DNA from: an uncultured delta proteobacterium
GTDB lineage: Bacteria; Desulfobacterota; Binatia; Binatales; Binataceae
Assembly: GCA_963836955.1 (NCBI GenBank)
Contig: CAWILO010000022.1
Coordinates: 583,505-647,504, forward strand
DNA length: 64,000 bases
Reading direction: 5' to 3'
Shown: one piece after another, positions 50,170 through 61,711 of the stretch
Layout of the letters: each line of letters begins with the position of its first letter
Numbering within the stretch: position 1 is the first letter of the stretch
Notes under the pieces: model-generated
What the model was told of the DNA's origin: nothing
Database searches by the model: none
Seen by the model: the letters and a program-made list of their open reading frames with translations, nothing else
Made by a program: the position numbers and the translations under genes

Positions 50170-50403
50170 TCAAAACTGCCGAGGTATATGAGTTCTCAAG
50201 GTCGGATCACGCTTGAATGCGACACTGACTTCGAGATGGTCCTTCGAGACGATCGGCGTCAATCGGAACGTCAGCGTCACCTCGATCAAGTCAGATATCT
50301 CCGTGCGTTCGCCTACCGCTTCCGCAGCTGTCAACAGTATATTTTCCAGTAACTGCTTTCCCCAATTATCCAGCGAGACTTCCTGTGACGACTCGATATC
50401 CAT
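50170..50403 (-). CDS. Small hypothetical protein
   Basis: 77-aa ORF with GAGG RBS. Confidence 0.5.
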   Translation of the reverse strand: MDIESSQEVSLDNWGKQLLENILLTAAEAVGERTEISDLIEVTLTFRLTPIVSKDHLEVSVAFKRDPTLRTHIPRQF

Positions 50404-50509
50404 CGTGTGTTCCTCGTCCGTGCATTTCCTTGTCCATGATGTGTGGTGCGCGGATGTTTAGTACGCGCCCACGGACCGCACGCAGTTTGTGGATCTCTGA
50501 ATTCTGACG

Positions 50510-51691
50510 CTAAGCAAAACTGCGGAGGCTCTCGAGATCCGAGATCGCGGCAGTCATGCGTTTGATCATTTCGAGCGACATCTCTTCCGGCTGCATATCG
50601 GGCGTCGTACGCGTATGAACCAACGTCGGCGTCCACATCAACAGCGCAAGGAAAATTTGCTGCCGATATAAATCCCACGCTTCGTCGAAGGTTATGCCGA
50701 GGCTGCACTTTTCCCGCATCTGGTCCAGATACCGCTTGAGCAGGTCGCGTTCCCAGGCGCGCCGATCCTCGATCGCCAAGGTTGTGGATATGGCGTAGGA
50801 AACGTCGCGCGCCCAATGCCCCTTGCCAAGACATTGCCAATCACATAGCCCCATGCGGCCTTCTCCCGTGATGTACCAGTTTCCGAGATGTACATCGGAA
50901 TGCAGCAAGGTGGGCGTCCCTTTCGTGTGCAGTTCCAGCGCTTTAATTGTCGAAGGCCAAATCCCCGCACGATGGCGGCTGACGTCTGGAGGGATGACCG
51001 CTTCGGCCTGTATCATGGCTCGCTCGTGACACTCCCGAAGACCCACCCTTTCGCCGGCTCGAAAGAAATCCTCAAAAGTGAGAAGCCATTTCAGGTCTGA
51101 GCTAAACCGCGCACTGTCATAGTAGCGGCCGTGCACGGTGGCAAGAGTATCTACGATTTGTTCCGCCTGCTGGCGGGAGATGGGTGTCGGCCGCTTGCAG
51201 AACTGGGCCGCCCTGGTCGCAATCAGATCGTTGAAAAGGTGTACTGAACGTCCAGACTTGCGGTCCCATGCAGAGTGATAGCAGGTGGGCGCTTCAATAT
51301 TCAGTTCAGGACGGATTTGGCGATAGAAGCGCGCTTCACCCGCGGCGGAGAGGCCGGTCGCAAGCCGGGTGAGAACAGTCGGGGTTGTCTTGCAGAACAG
51401 ATTTTCCGGCAACCCGGCATTTCTACCTTCTTCGTTGTATGAGGCCCTGAGCTGCCTGCGAACGCTCGAGCCCTGATCGCCTCCGCAAATTTCCACCGTC
51501 ACTACCCGCGCGCCCCTGACATCGCCACATAGAACAGCGGTGAGCCAGTCAGGCGATATTGCTTCCGCACACCAAGGGACGTCGTCGATGGTTTTGGCGA
51601 TCGGGCGAGTGATGTAGTCCCAAATCGTGTGAACAGCCATCCTGCTTCGGGCTCTGAAGTGGACGCCCGTCGAGCCCGAATCCTGAGTCAT
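50510..51691 (-). CDS. Aminoglycoside/choline kinase-like phosphotransferase
   Basis: EARFY, LLHSDVHLGNW, LCDWQ, DVSY. Confidence 0.88.
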   Translation of the reverse strand: MTQDSGSTGVHFRARSRMAVHTIWDYITRPIAKTIDDVPWCAEAISPDWLTAVLCGDVRGARVVTVEICGGDQGSSVRRQLRASYNEEGRNAGLPENLFCKTTPTVLTRLATGLSAAGEARFYRQIRPELNIEAPTCYHSAWDRKSGRSVHLFNDLIATRAAQFCKRPTPISRQQAEQIVDTLATVHGRYYDSARFSSDLKWLLTFEDFFRAGERVGLRECHERAMIQAEAVIPPDVSRHRAGIWPSTIKALELHTKGTPTLLHSDVHLGNWYITGEGRMGLCDWQCLGKGHWARDVSYAISTTLAIEDRRAWERDLLKRYLDQMREKCSLGITFDEAWDLYRQQIFLALLMWTPTLVHTRTTPDMQPEEMSLEMIKRMTAAISDLESLRSFA

Positions 51692-51738
51692 TTACGTATA
51701 CCCGTCGTAGGAAAATTCTCTTGCGATAAGGGAAACAT

Positions 51739-53631
51739 TCAGACGGCAGCCGACTCAACCGATGCGCTTCGATCTCCGCCTTCAAACGTATAGGGCTCTA
51801 GCGTCGACTGTGCATGGACGCGATGCTTGTGCCACTTGCCGCCGCCGTAATATGCGAGGCTCCCCGGTGCCGCGTTGCCTTCACCATTATAGTAGGAGAT
51901 GCAATCGCGCAGCGGCGCAGTCGCGATGTCGACGTCGCGGCAATGCTCCGCATACGCATCCTCCGGCTCCTTGCGGACATCCACGATGCATGCGCCGCGC
52001 TTCCGCATGGTCTGCAGCATCCACACAACATAGTCACTGTGCGCGTCGATCGCGTCGGTGAAGTTGAAGCTGCCGCCGCCGCCCTGCGGACCGGTGACGA
52101 TGAACAGGTTGGGGAAGCCGTGGCTATGCAGGCCGAGGAAAGTCTTGGTCCCCTCGGTCTCCCACTTCTCCTTCAGGGTGCGGCCGCCGCGGCCGGTGAC
52201 CATGTTGAAGGTCGAGGTACCCATCCACTGGAACCCGGTCGCGTAGATCAGCACGTCGAGCGGATATTCGACCCCCTCATGGACGACACCGCGCCCGTTG
52301 ATCTCGCCCACGCCGCGGGGTGCTGTGTCGACCAGATGGACGTGCGGCAGGTTGAACGCCGGCAGGTATTCGTCGTGGAAGGTCGGCCGCTTGCAGCCGT
52401 ACGGGTAATACGGCTTCAGCGCCGCCGCCGTCTTCGGATCCTTGACGATCGCGTCCACGCGCGCCCGGATCTGCTCCATGATGCGGAAGTTGGAATCGAG
52501 CTGCTTCTGGGTCAGCTCCTCCGGGGTCAGCTCACGGGGGTATTTCTTGAGCTTCTTGATGTCGCGAATCTTGCCCGCCAGGTAGTCGTCGTTGGCCTGG
52601 ATAGCAGTGCGACCGGCCGATATCTTCGAGAAGCGCGCACGCCTTGCCCGGGCCCATCCAGGCTCGCTGGCCCAGGTAGCCCGCTCTTCGTCTGTCGTCG
52701 CGCGCTGGTCGCGCACGTCGATCGAGGACGGCGTGCGCTGGAAGACGTAGAGCTGGTCGACAATCTTAGCGAGCTCCGGCACCGCTTGTACGGCCGTCGC
52801 GCCGGTCCCTATGATACCGACCGTTTTGCCGCGCAGGTCGATGTTGTAGTTCCAGCGCGAGGTGTGGAAGGACTCACCCTGGAACTTCTCCATGCCGGCG
52901 ATGCGCGCCAGCTTCGGCGTCGTTAGGATGCCGTTGGCCAGGATCACGAAGCGCGCACGCATCTTGTCGCCGCGATCCGTCGCGACGATCCAGCGGCCGG
53001 AAGCCTCGTCCCAGATAGTCGCCTCGACCGTAGTGTGGAACAGGCAGTGGTCGTAGAACCCGAACCTCTGGGCCATGTTTTGGCAGTATTCGAGGATCTC
53101 GAATCCCGAGGCGAACTTCATCGACGGGACGTAACCCATCTCCTCGAGCAACGGCAGGTAGCTATAGGATTCGACATCGCAGGCGATGCCGGGATAGCGG
53201 TTCCAATACCAGGTGCCGCCGACGTCGCCGCCCTTCTCGCAGAAACGCACGTCGACGAAGCCGGCTTCGCTGAGCCTGTGCCACAGGAGCAGACCGCCGA
53301 AGCCGGCGCCGACCACCAGGATCTCACACTCGTCGGTCAGCGCTTCGCGCAGGATCGGCGGCTCCGAATAGACGTCGTCCAGATATTTCTTGAACTCGCC
53401 TTCCATGGCCATGTAATCGGCGGCGCCGCGGCGGGCTTCCTTGAACACGCGGTACTTGGCCTGCTCCTCTGCATTGAAGGTCGCTCCAGCCGGCATTTCC
53501 GGCAGCTCCTTCAGCTTCTGATCAGTGAGGATGGAATAGCCCTTGCCAGTAATCTTCTCGGACGCCTTGGCCGCTCGCGTGTCGAAGACTTTCAGGCCTG
53601 TCTCAGGGTCGATACGGACTGCTGCGTTCAT
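51739..53631 (-). CDS. Baeyer-Villiger monooxygenase
   Basis: GAGFGG, GGTWYWNRYPG..CD, FQGESFHTSRW fingerprint, GTGATAVQ, ATGF. Confidence 0.94.
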   Translation of the reverse strand: MNAAVRIDPETGLKVFDTRAAKASEKITGKGYSILTDQKLKELPEMPAGATFNAEEQAKYRVFKEARRGAADYMAMEGEFKKYLDDVYSEPPILREALTDECEILVVGAGFGGLLLWHRLSEAGFVDVRFCEKGGDVGGTWYWNRYPGIACDVESYSYLPLLEEMGYVPSMKFASGFEILEYCQNMAQRFGFYDHCLFHTTVEATIWDEASGRWIVATDRGDKMRARFVILANGILTTPKLARIAGMEKFQGESFHTSRWNYNIDLRGKTVGIIGTGATAVQAVPELAKIVDQLYVFQRTPSSIDVRDQRATTDEERATWASEPGWARARRARFSKISAGRTAIQANDDYLAGKIRDIKKLKKYPRELTPEELTQKQLDSNFRIMEQIRARVDAIVKDPKTAAALKPYYPYGCKRPTFHDEYLPAFNLPHVHLVDTAPRGVGEINGRGVVHEGVEYPLDVLIYATGFQWMGTSTFNMVTGRGGRTLKEKWETEGTKTFLGLHSHGFPNLFIVTGPQGGGGSFNFTDAIDAHSDYVVWMLQTMRKRGACIVDVRKEPEDAYAEHCRDVDIATAPLRDCISYYNGEGNAAPGSLAYYGGGKWHKHRVHAQSTLEPYTFEGGDRSASVESAAV

Positions 53632-53891
53632 TTGGGATCCTTGTGATTTCCTTGTCGCTCACAACGATTCTCTAGCAAAGATCTGGCCCCAGCGGGAGCA
53701 ACCCAACCCGCAAACGCGTAGCTGCCGCTTTAGGATGAACGCCATGGTCTGGTCGCGTCCCGCCAGTGGCGGATAGTGAGTGATTCCAACTGCCAGGATC
53801 TCGCCCATTTGCCTTTCCTCCGTTCGCCTGTTCGAGTCAGCATGCGAACGCTGTATGGCGAGCAGTCGTTGTCGTTACGAAGTATTCGCCC

Positions 53892-54200
53892 CTATGCGTC
53901 AAATGCCGGCTCTATTTCCTGAATCCTCGCATGAACGTACATCAGATGATTCGTCAAGAGTTTCTTGGCCGCGTCAGCACCGCGAGCCCGCAAGCTCGCG
54001 AGTATCTCGCGGCGCCGTTCCACCAGATCATCAATCCGCGCCGGATGCTTGCTCCTGATGAGGCCGGACAGGACTTGTGCGATTCCGTGGGTGAGAAACC
54101 GCAACATCTGGTTTCCTGTCGCCGCGGCCAATAGATCGTAGAAATCCGTGATGACATTGAGGTTCTTGTAGCCTTCGCCGCGTGAAATCGCGCGCAGCGC
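53892..54200 (-). pseudogene. GntR FCD-domain fragment
   Basis: DFYDLLAAATGNQML..EILASLRARGADAAKKLLTNHL. Confidence 0.6.
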
Positions 54201-54513
54201 GAAGCCCGTTCGCGGCACCGGTTCTGAGGTTGCGGCAGCACGTCGCCAGCTCAGGCCGGCTGGTACACGGGGTGTCTTTCCGTCGAAAGTTAGAATATCT
54301 CCAGTAGGCATTCAGCGAGATTGCGAGAGCCGATGCCCTGACTTCCGATCCCGTTTCGACGGCCGTTCCAAATAGGGCGATAAGGCTACCCAGCACCTGC
54401 GAGGTTCTCAGAAGGTGCCAGCTATTAGACCCTCGCGCGGGAATTTGATAGCCGGAGGTGCAGCTTGCGTTAATCCTGCGTTGGGTCGCCAGATCTACCA
54501 CGGAGGAGTTGCC

Positions 54514-55025
54514 ATGTTGAGCCGCGCACCTACAAGAGTCGTACGGGACTGGAGTTGCGACAGTCGCCGGTGGTCCGGCTACAAACCGCGTAAGGGCGAC
54601 GTCATCATCGCCACGGCGCCCAAGGTGGGCACCACTTGGATGCAGCAGATCGTCAATCTGCTCATCCTCCAATCTCCGCAGCCGCGCCCGCTGATGGAAT
54701 TGTCACCGTGGCTGGAACGCCGGGGCCAAATTCCGATCGAAGTTGTTCTGCAATCGATTGAGGCGCAGACTCACCGACGATACTTGAAGTCTCATCTGCC
54801 GTTCGACGCGCTGCCAATCCATGACGAGGTGAGATACATCCACGTTGGGCGCGACGGTCGCGACGCGTGCATGTCGCTCCCTCAATCACTTCAACAGCTT
54901 CCTTCCTGCGGCTTGGGAAAACTTTGATGCGATCGGTATGGCTGACGAAACCATAGGACGTCCTATTCCGCGGCCGCCGACGACCGCGCGCGAATTCTTT
55001 CATCACTGGATCTCTGATGGTGACA
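54514..55025 (+). pseudogene. Sulfotransferase, frameshifted (~54880) and 3'-truncated
   Basis: GDVIIATAPKVGTTW, SPWLE, KSHLP, GRDGRDACMS. Confidence 0.88.
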
Positions 55026-55541
55026 TCGGAGGGCGGCTACGGCGGAGCGGGTCATTCGGGAGGCGCTGGCGACGCTCTGCTCCGTATCGTGAACGCTGGT
55101 AACTTCGAGACCAGCCCCTTTCCGGGAGAGGTAATAGCGGTCATTTATGTGTTCAACGACGTACAGGAACTGCAGGAATGCTGCCAATGCCCTCTGTCCG
55201 CCAACTCGTTGAGGACCATTTCCGTGATAACTGATCTGACCTCGAATCCGCTCGTCAGCGCCGAATCCACAGAGGCTGGCGTAATTAAGATCCTGGGCGT
55301 AGATGCGGATCTGGATTCGTTGGCTGAGGGACTGCATGCATGGGTCAGCCATACCGAGTCGATGGCCAGCAATCAGGCGGGTTTCAAGCCGCCCTTTGGA
55401 TTTGTTACCAGCACGTCGGTCGAGGAGCTCGCACATTCCGCTCTCGACGTTGGTGAACTTCAAAGCCTGGTAAACGGATGCACTTTCATCGTTCAGCACG
55501 GCTCAGGGCACGGCATCTGCACATGCGGGTTCGGTGACTGA
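55026..55541 (+). pseudogene. 5'-truncated Cys-containing hypothetical (probably secreted) protein
   Basis: QELQECCQCPLSANSL..GICTCG; no signal peptide or RBS; abuts the sulfotransferase break. Confidence 0.5.
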
Positions 55542-56094
55542 GCCGATTTCTCGCGTCTAAGTTAGCGGCATTGCCGCGGCGGCGAAGTCGCCTCGGGCGC
55601 GTTCCCTGACGTCGGCGAATTCCAGCAGCGCGCGCTCGGCCCGGGTGAGGTTTGGAAATTTTGCCGCGGCGAGCTTGAGCAGCGAGACGTCGCCGCCATG
55701 CGCGAGCGCGTCGGCGCTGTGCGCTAACGAGGCAGTGCACAGAACAAGCGCCCATCCGACGGCGAGCGCTGGTGCGCGCCAGTGTCGAGAATCGCGAATC
55801 GAAGTGAACCCCCGCGCCGGAATCCTAGAAAGTAGCCGCGGTTAGCACAACCATTGTTGCCTTTCAGGCAGAGGCTGTACCATCGCCCGCCGCCTGCTGA
55901 GGCCGTGATTGCCCGCGAGCGATCGCGCGGTCTCGAGATATTCGACCGGCGCGACTGTCGGTAACGACGTCGAGGTTATGAAACCCGCGCGATGCTGCCG
56001 CGTTCGCCCGCCTTGGGCACGGCGACCGCACAGCCTCGATTTGACGAAGAGGTCAGCCCGCCGCATCGATCTTCCTGAGTTTGAGAGGTCGATA

Positions 56095-56481
56095 TCAGTG
56101 GGAATCGGTAGTTTCTCTGCGCGTCCAATCGTATAGCGCGGCGCCGCCGACAACCGATATGACATAATTCAACGGTGTGAATACGACGTGGACCCAAGCG
56201 TGCGGTTCGGAAACAAGAGCGATCAGGTGATTGGTGCCAATAAGGGCGGTGAGGATGATCAGCGCGAGCGCCACACTGCGCTGGAATTTGAGGTCATTGC
56301 TTCTGAACGCCCTGAAGGTAACAACCGCCATCCCGATGTCGAAGAATCCAATCTCGCGTTGCCATCCAGCGGCTAGACCCCAAGCGCTGCCGCTTGCGAT
56401 AGCCCCCGGCAGAAAAATCTGGCCGACGGCGGATCCGATCAGCACCCAGGCAACGACAAGCAAATAGGATCTCAGGAACAC
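56095..56481 (-). CDS. Small membrane protein of unknown function
   Basis: Four hydrophobic segments; WG..GWQREIGF. Confidence 0.6.
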   Translation of the reverse strand: MFLRSYLLVVAWVLIGSAVGQIFLPGAIASGSAWGLAAGWQREIGFFDIGMAVVTFRAFRSNDLKFQRSVALALIILTALIGTNHLIALVSEPHAWVHVVFTPLNYVISVVGGAALYDWTRRETTDSH

Positions 56482-56833
56482 GGATTTGGCCCTAGCTCAG
56501 CAAGTGGCTCAGGGCAAGATGACCGTCGGGTCACCGTTGGTGGTCAACACAGCGACTAGCAGACTGAAGAGATTCTGGGCCGAGTCGCGGAATTTGTTGT
56601 TGAGAAGCTATCGTCGCTCTGTGCACGGCGCATCGCGGCGCTCGACACGGCGCGGGTAGCCGCATCGTCCGACCTGTACGGCCGTCGGGACGGGATCGAA
56701 GTCGGTTCGGAGTCGTCTCGTCTCTATCATGATTCCCGCTCTCTGGGAGCTTTCGCCCCCGGTGTACCTGCGTCTATTTAATTAGCCCGCCCAGTCGCGA
56801 TACTTGGCCATCTGCTTCCAGACGATAGTCGCA

Positions 56834-57652
56834 ATGCGCTGCACGAAGTGCGAGTTCGAGAATCCAGCCGGCATGAAGTTCTGCGGGAAATGCAGAACTG
56901 CGCTCGGCCTGACCTGCCCGAATTGCTCCTTCGAAAATCCTCCGGGATTTGATTTCTGTGGCCAATGCGCTGCTGCGCTTCAAGGCGACACCGGAATTGC
57001 AAAGGGCAAATCGACCCCGGCGAAGCCTCCGGCGGCAGTCCGCATAGCGGCGGAGCAAGCCGACGCAGCCGCACTCGACGGGGAGCGCAAGACGGTCACG
57101 CATTAGCGTTGGCCGAAGAACAAGGGTTTCCGTTAGTCGCCGGCTTTGCACGCGTCATGTCGGGATGGGCGCGGTCACAACTTGGCCGCGCGTCGGAGGG
57201 TGCTGCCCTAATCCATGAGGGGATGGCCGGCCTTGCTCAGATCGGAGCGCGAGCCGGCTTCACTCTGTTCCTTATATTGCTGGCTGAGTCGCAAGCGCTC
57301 GACGGCGCGACCACCGACGCGCTCGACACGGTGGAGAAGGCGTTGCGCGTCAATCCTGAGGAACTGCTGTGGCGCCCTGAAGCGTTCAGACTTCGCGGAG
57401 CACTCCGGCTCTCACAAGGTCAGACGGAATTGGCGGTGGCCGACCTCCGCGAAGCGATCGCGCTCGCGCAGAGGATGAGCGCCAAGGCATATGAACTGCG
57501 CGCAACGACCAGCCTCGCGCTTGCTCGCGAAGCAGGGCAAGCGCAACGAGGCGCGCGCGATTCTCGCAGACATCTACAACTGGTTCACTGAGGGCTTCGA
57601 TACCACCGACCTGAAGGATGCTAAGGCGCTGCTCGACCGACTAAACGCGTAG
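56834..57652 (+). pseudogene. Adenylate cyclase-AAA-TPR protein with the central region deleted
   Basis: Double zinc ribbon (CTKC..CGKC..CPNC..CGQC) and GERKTVT joined directly to ..AYELRATTSLA / WFTEGFDTTDLKDAKALL. Confidence 0.88.
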
Positions 57653-58444
57653 CATCCAGGCCGTTGCACGCGACGAAGATCATGCAGCGCTTGCCCCGCG
57701 AGATTGAGCTTCATGAGAGCCTTCGGTGCCCAGCTTCGCGCCGAACTGGTGACGACCCCGCCGCGCGTATGAAGCGCAGTCCTCTCCGCGCCCAATTATT
57801 CAGGCCTGGTGTCGCGGAGGTCGGCTAAGCGCTTGCAATTTGTCAGCGAACTCTTCCAAAAGATTCGCGGTTTCAAGGCATTGGTCGGGTGGGAAGGCGT
57901 CAGCCGTTCACCTGGTTCCTGTGGAGATAGGCTTCGACCGCGACTATCGTATCGCGCTCGGTCCGGATCGGCCCTCTCGCGAGTCTTCGGAGCTCAGCAG
58001 CGGTGACCCGGAACAACGTCGCGATTTTCAACAATTGCTCAGCCATTAACGGACATGTTCCTACCGCAGGTCAGCGGGAAACATCCACTGAATCGATCGC
58101 CGATGACTGGGAGGATATCCGGATCGCCGCGTCGGCTTCATAGCCGCTATCAGTGCGACCAGTGCGGACGGCGGAAGATCTTCAGCGCGATCCCGGTGCT
58201 CGTAGACTTGAGCCAGCGTCCGCATAGTGGCCGTGCTCACCGCTTCGCCTGATGCGACCTTTGTGAGCCTGCCCGCGACGCCCCGCCCAACTCTCGATTG
58301 TCGCGCGACGCCAGCGCAAGATGAGCCCGGTACGGATCTGGCGGAAAACCATTCGGAATCGTTCTGCTCGTAACACGCCGACGGTGGTTCAAGCCACACA
58401 ACTTAAGCGAAGATTGAATCGCTCAGCTAAAGGAGAGAGAAACC

Positions 58445-58780
58445 ATGAAAACGAAGACTCTAGCACCTGTTGTGATTCTGATCTGTTCGTTTCTTCTAGC
58501 GCCCAGCTTTCTCAGAGCCGACGAAAACGAGTGGTACCAAGGGCAGCAGGGACAGTGGCAGCGGCACGGCAATCAATGGCGGTGGGAGAGCACCCACGGC
58601 GACGACTGGTATCAAGGCCAACAAGGCCACTGGTACGACGAGAAAGACGGCTGGCAATATCTCGGTAACAACGGCGATAGGTACCGAAAGCAGCGCAACG
58701 GCTGGGCATGGGCTTATCACAATCGAAACCCGAAGACCGATAGACGCAGCTATCAGCAGTTTAAGGAACAAAACCAATAG
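58445..58780 (+). CDS. Secreted Trp/Gln/Gly-rich small protein
   Basis: Strong RBS; signal peptide; duplicated WYQGQQG unit. Confidence 0.75.
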   Translation: MKTKTLAPVVILICSFLLAPSFLRADENEWYQGQQGQWQRHGNQWRWESTHGDDWYQGQQGHWYDEKDGWQYLGNNGDRYRKQRNGWAWAYHNRNPKTDRRSYQQFKEQNQ

Positions 58781-58892
58781 AGACGACACCCTGATCGGTT
58801 CGCATCGGTCCGCACGTCACTGCTCCCACTCTTGCGGCTCGGTCCATTGGGGCCGATTGAAAAGGGTCGCCAGTCGATTAAGTCTGTTCCCT

Positions 58893-59387
58893 ATGCTGAT
58901 GAAGATCCGGCGGGCCGTCGAAGACGACATTCCCGGCATGGTCGATCTGATGGATGCGTGGCGGCGGCTGTACGAGACCTACCAGCCGACCTTCTGGCGG
59001 CCGTCCCCAGACGCGAACTCTGGTCAGACAAAATATTTCGCGATGCTTGTCTCGAAGAAGGACGCCATTGTTCTTATCTGCGAGGACGCGGGCGCTTTTT
59101 GCGGCTTTATCATCGCGAGCCTGATCGAAGCGCCGCCGGTGTACGATCCAGGCGGCAAGACATGCGTGATCGACGACTTCGCCGTGACTCGGAATAACTG
59201 GGACCGTGTTGGACGAGCTCTGCTTCGCGAAGCGCAAAGCATTGCGCGCAAGGCCGGTGCGGTCCAAGCGGTTGTAGTGTGCGCCAACCTGGACGAGTCG
59301 AAGCGCAGTTTCCTCGTTTCCGAAGGCCTTTCGATCGCGTCTGAATGGTTTGTTGAAGGACATTCTTGGATGAAGGAGCCGAGTTGA
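58893..59387 (+). CDS. GNAT-family acetyltransferase
   Basis: IRRAVEDDIP, APPVYDPGG..IDDFAV..VGRALL. Confidence 0.85.
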   Translation: MLMKIRRAVEDDIPGMVDLMDAWRRLYETYQPTFWRPSPDANSGQTKYFAMLVSKKDAIVLICEDAGAFCGFIIASLIEAPPVYDPGGKTCVIDDFAVTRNNWDRVGRALLREAQSIARKAGAVQAVVVCANLDESKRSFLVSEGLSIASEWFVEGHSWMKEPS

Positions 59388-59790
59388 TGAAGGGAAGTTG
59401 CTTGTGCGGAGACGTTCAGTTCGAAGTGACCGGAAGGTCCGTGCGGTTCGGATTCGATCACTGTTCGCGATGCAGGAAATCGAGCGGGTCAGCATTCGCC
59501 GCATGGATCATCTGCAAGCGCACGGAGTTTCGCTGGCTTGCCGGCGAATCGCTCATCAGGAGATACGTGGCGCCGGTGAGGGACACTCCGCCCGGCTACC
59601 CGAGGACCTCTGCGGTGTGTGCGGCGGGCCCATCCCGGATGATTCTGAGGAAGAAGTCGGGATCCCGGCGGGCACGCTCGACGACGATCCTGGCATTCGT
59701 CCACAGGGGCACGTCTTCGTCGAGTTCAAAGCCCCATGGTTTGAAATCACCGACTCGCTGCCGCAGTTCCAGCGGCGGGGAACGGCACAT
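59387..59790 (+). pseudogene. GFA/CENP-V-family protein, frameshifted near 59600
   Basis: GSCLCG, HCSRCRK, CGVCG, GTLDDDPGIRP..HVFV..KAPW. Confidence 0.85.
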
Positions 59791-59844
59791 GAATCGCAGA
59801 ACGATCCCAATCTGCATCGGCTTAGAAAATCCATCCAGTCTGTT

Positions 59845-60270
59845 GTGCCTAGTCAAAACCTAAAGCCGGACGTATTGATGATGGAGCCCGCCAAGGATTG
59901 GTATCGCGGCGATGCGTCCGATCTTCTGGGTCTGCCGAAAATCTGGCGCATCTTTCTCCAATGAGAGATGGGTCCGGACCTCATTGTAATATGAAGCGTA
60001 AGCCTTCAGGACGGCACGCAAGTGCGCTTCGCCGAATACAATGAGGTGGTCGAGTGATTCGCGACGTATCGATCCGATCAGACGCTCAAAGTGGCCGTTC
60101 TGCCAGGGCGAGCGTGGTGCTGTAGGGTAATCTCGGATCTGCATTGCACGAATGCGGTGAGTATAGGCTGGACCGAATCCGCCGTCGCGGTCGCGAATCA
60201 AGTGATGCGGCGCTTCGTCACAGGGAAAGGCGTCAGTCACCTGAGCTGCAATCCACTCGGCGGTGAGATT
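59845..60270 (-). mobile_element. Integrase-core (rve) transposase 3' fragment
   Basis: LIRDRD, APRSPWQNG..ERLIGSIRRE, GGLHHQY. Confidence 0.88.
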
Positions 60271-60379
60271 GAAGGCGCGAAGTGACGCGCGCAAGATGTT
60301 GACGGCACTCTTCGCGGACCTCTAGGACTCGATTCACGAGACTGTCCTAGAGTGTTAGGACGAGCACGGCGGTCAAGTC

Positions 60380-61711
60380 ATGGATCAGCTCGGACACGCG
60401 ATTGTCATCGGCGGGAGTATCGCAGGCCTGATCGCCGCGCGCGCCTTCTCCGATTACTTCGAGCGCATAACGATCCTGGAGCGGGACGAAATCGAGAATC
60501 GTCCCGTCATTCACAAATCGGTCCCGCAGGGTAGTCACCTTCACGCCCTCCTAAATGGCGGCCAGCGGGTACTTTCCGCCCTTTACCCCGGCTTCACCGA
60601 TGATCTTCGCGGCCTCGGCGCGAACCGGTTCACCATCGGTCGGGATGTCGCCTGGTACTTTCCCGATGGAAAAGCCTACAGCGCAAGCGGCTCCCTAAGA
60701 AAGCCTTTCGACGTGGGCTTGGAAGGGTATTGCGCGAGCCGCGGTTTGATCGAATATGTGATCCGGCGGCGGACTCAGGAATTTCCAGGCATCAGGGTTG
60801 AGACAGGAACGACGGTCCGTGAACTGATATATCGCGACGGTCGGGTTCACGGCGTGCGATGCGACGACGGTCGGTCGTTCGAAGCCGAGATCGTCGTCGA
60901 TGCGACCGGACGCGCATCTCGGGCGCCGCAGTGGCTGGAGGCAGCAGGGGTTTCGGAACCGCGACAAACGACGATCGGCGTTGACACGGCTTACAGCACG
61001 GCCAACTTCCGTGTCCCCGAATGGTATGATGGCGAGTCCCTGGTTTTCATAACCGGCCCTGCCCCAACTTTCACCCGGCGTGGCTACATCATCAGGATCG
61101 AAAACGGATCGTTGCTGGTCAGCCTGATTGGCCGGTTTGGTGACTATCCGCCGACGGACCGAGAAGGATTCCTCGGTTTCGCCAAGGAGCTGCACTCCGA
61201 TCTCGCGTGGAGAATCATAAAGGATGCAGAGCAGCTTAGCCCGATTGCGCATCATCGATTTCCCACTAGCGTGCAGCGTCACTATGAACAGGTGACTTCA
61301 GTCGAGCGCTTTATCGCTATCGGCGACGCTCTGTGCACTTTTAATCCGATTTACGCACAGGGGATGAGTGCCGCTGCACTTCAGGCGAACTTGCTGGGCG
61401 AAGTTCTCTCTGAACATTTATCCCAAGCTCGCGGGCCTGATGGAATAGCAGCCGATTTTTTTTCCAGGGCAACAGGACTTAATAGCACGCCATGGAATCT
61501 CGCGGCAGGGTTTGATTTTTCCTTTCCTCAGACACGCGGAGAACGACCTGCCGGGACCGAAGAGGGGGCGCGCTATTTTGCAGTCCTGGATCGGTTACAG
61601 ATCGATGATCCGGAGATTCGCCGGCTTATGATTGAGGTAGGTCATCTCGTTAGGCCACTTTCCGCGCTGTTAGAAGAACCGCTACGGAGCCGCGTCCTTG
61701 CTCAGATGTAG
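60380..61711 (+). CDS. FAD-dependent monooxygenase/epoxidase-like protein
   Basis: IGGSIAGL, VPQG.HLH, VVDATGR, IGDALCTFNPIYAQGMS. Confidence 0.9.
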   Translation: MDQLGHAIVIGGSIAGLIAARAFSDYFERITILERDEIENRPVIHKSVPQGSHLHALLNGGQRVLSALYPGFTDDLRGLGANRFTIGRDVAWYFPDGKAYSASGSLRKPFDVGLEGYCASRGLIEYVIRRRTQEFPGIRVETGTTVRELIYRDGRVHGVRCDDGRSFEAEIVVDATGRASRAPQWLEAAGVSEPRQTTIGVDTAYSTANFRVPEWYDGESLVFITGPAPTFTRRGYIIRIENGSLLVSLIGRFGDYPPTDREGFLGFAKELHSDLAWRIIKDAEQLSPIAHHRFPTSVQRHYEQVTSVERFIAIGDALCTFNPIYAQGMSAAALQANLLGEVLSEHLSQARGPDGIAADFFSRATGLNSTPWNLAAGFDFSFPQTRGERPAGTEEGARYFAVLDRLQIDDPEIRRLMIEVGHLVRPLSALLEEPLRSRVLAQM

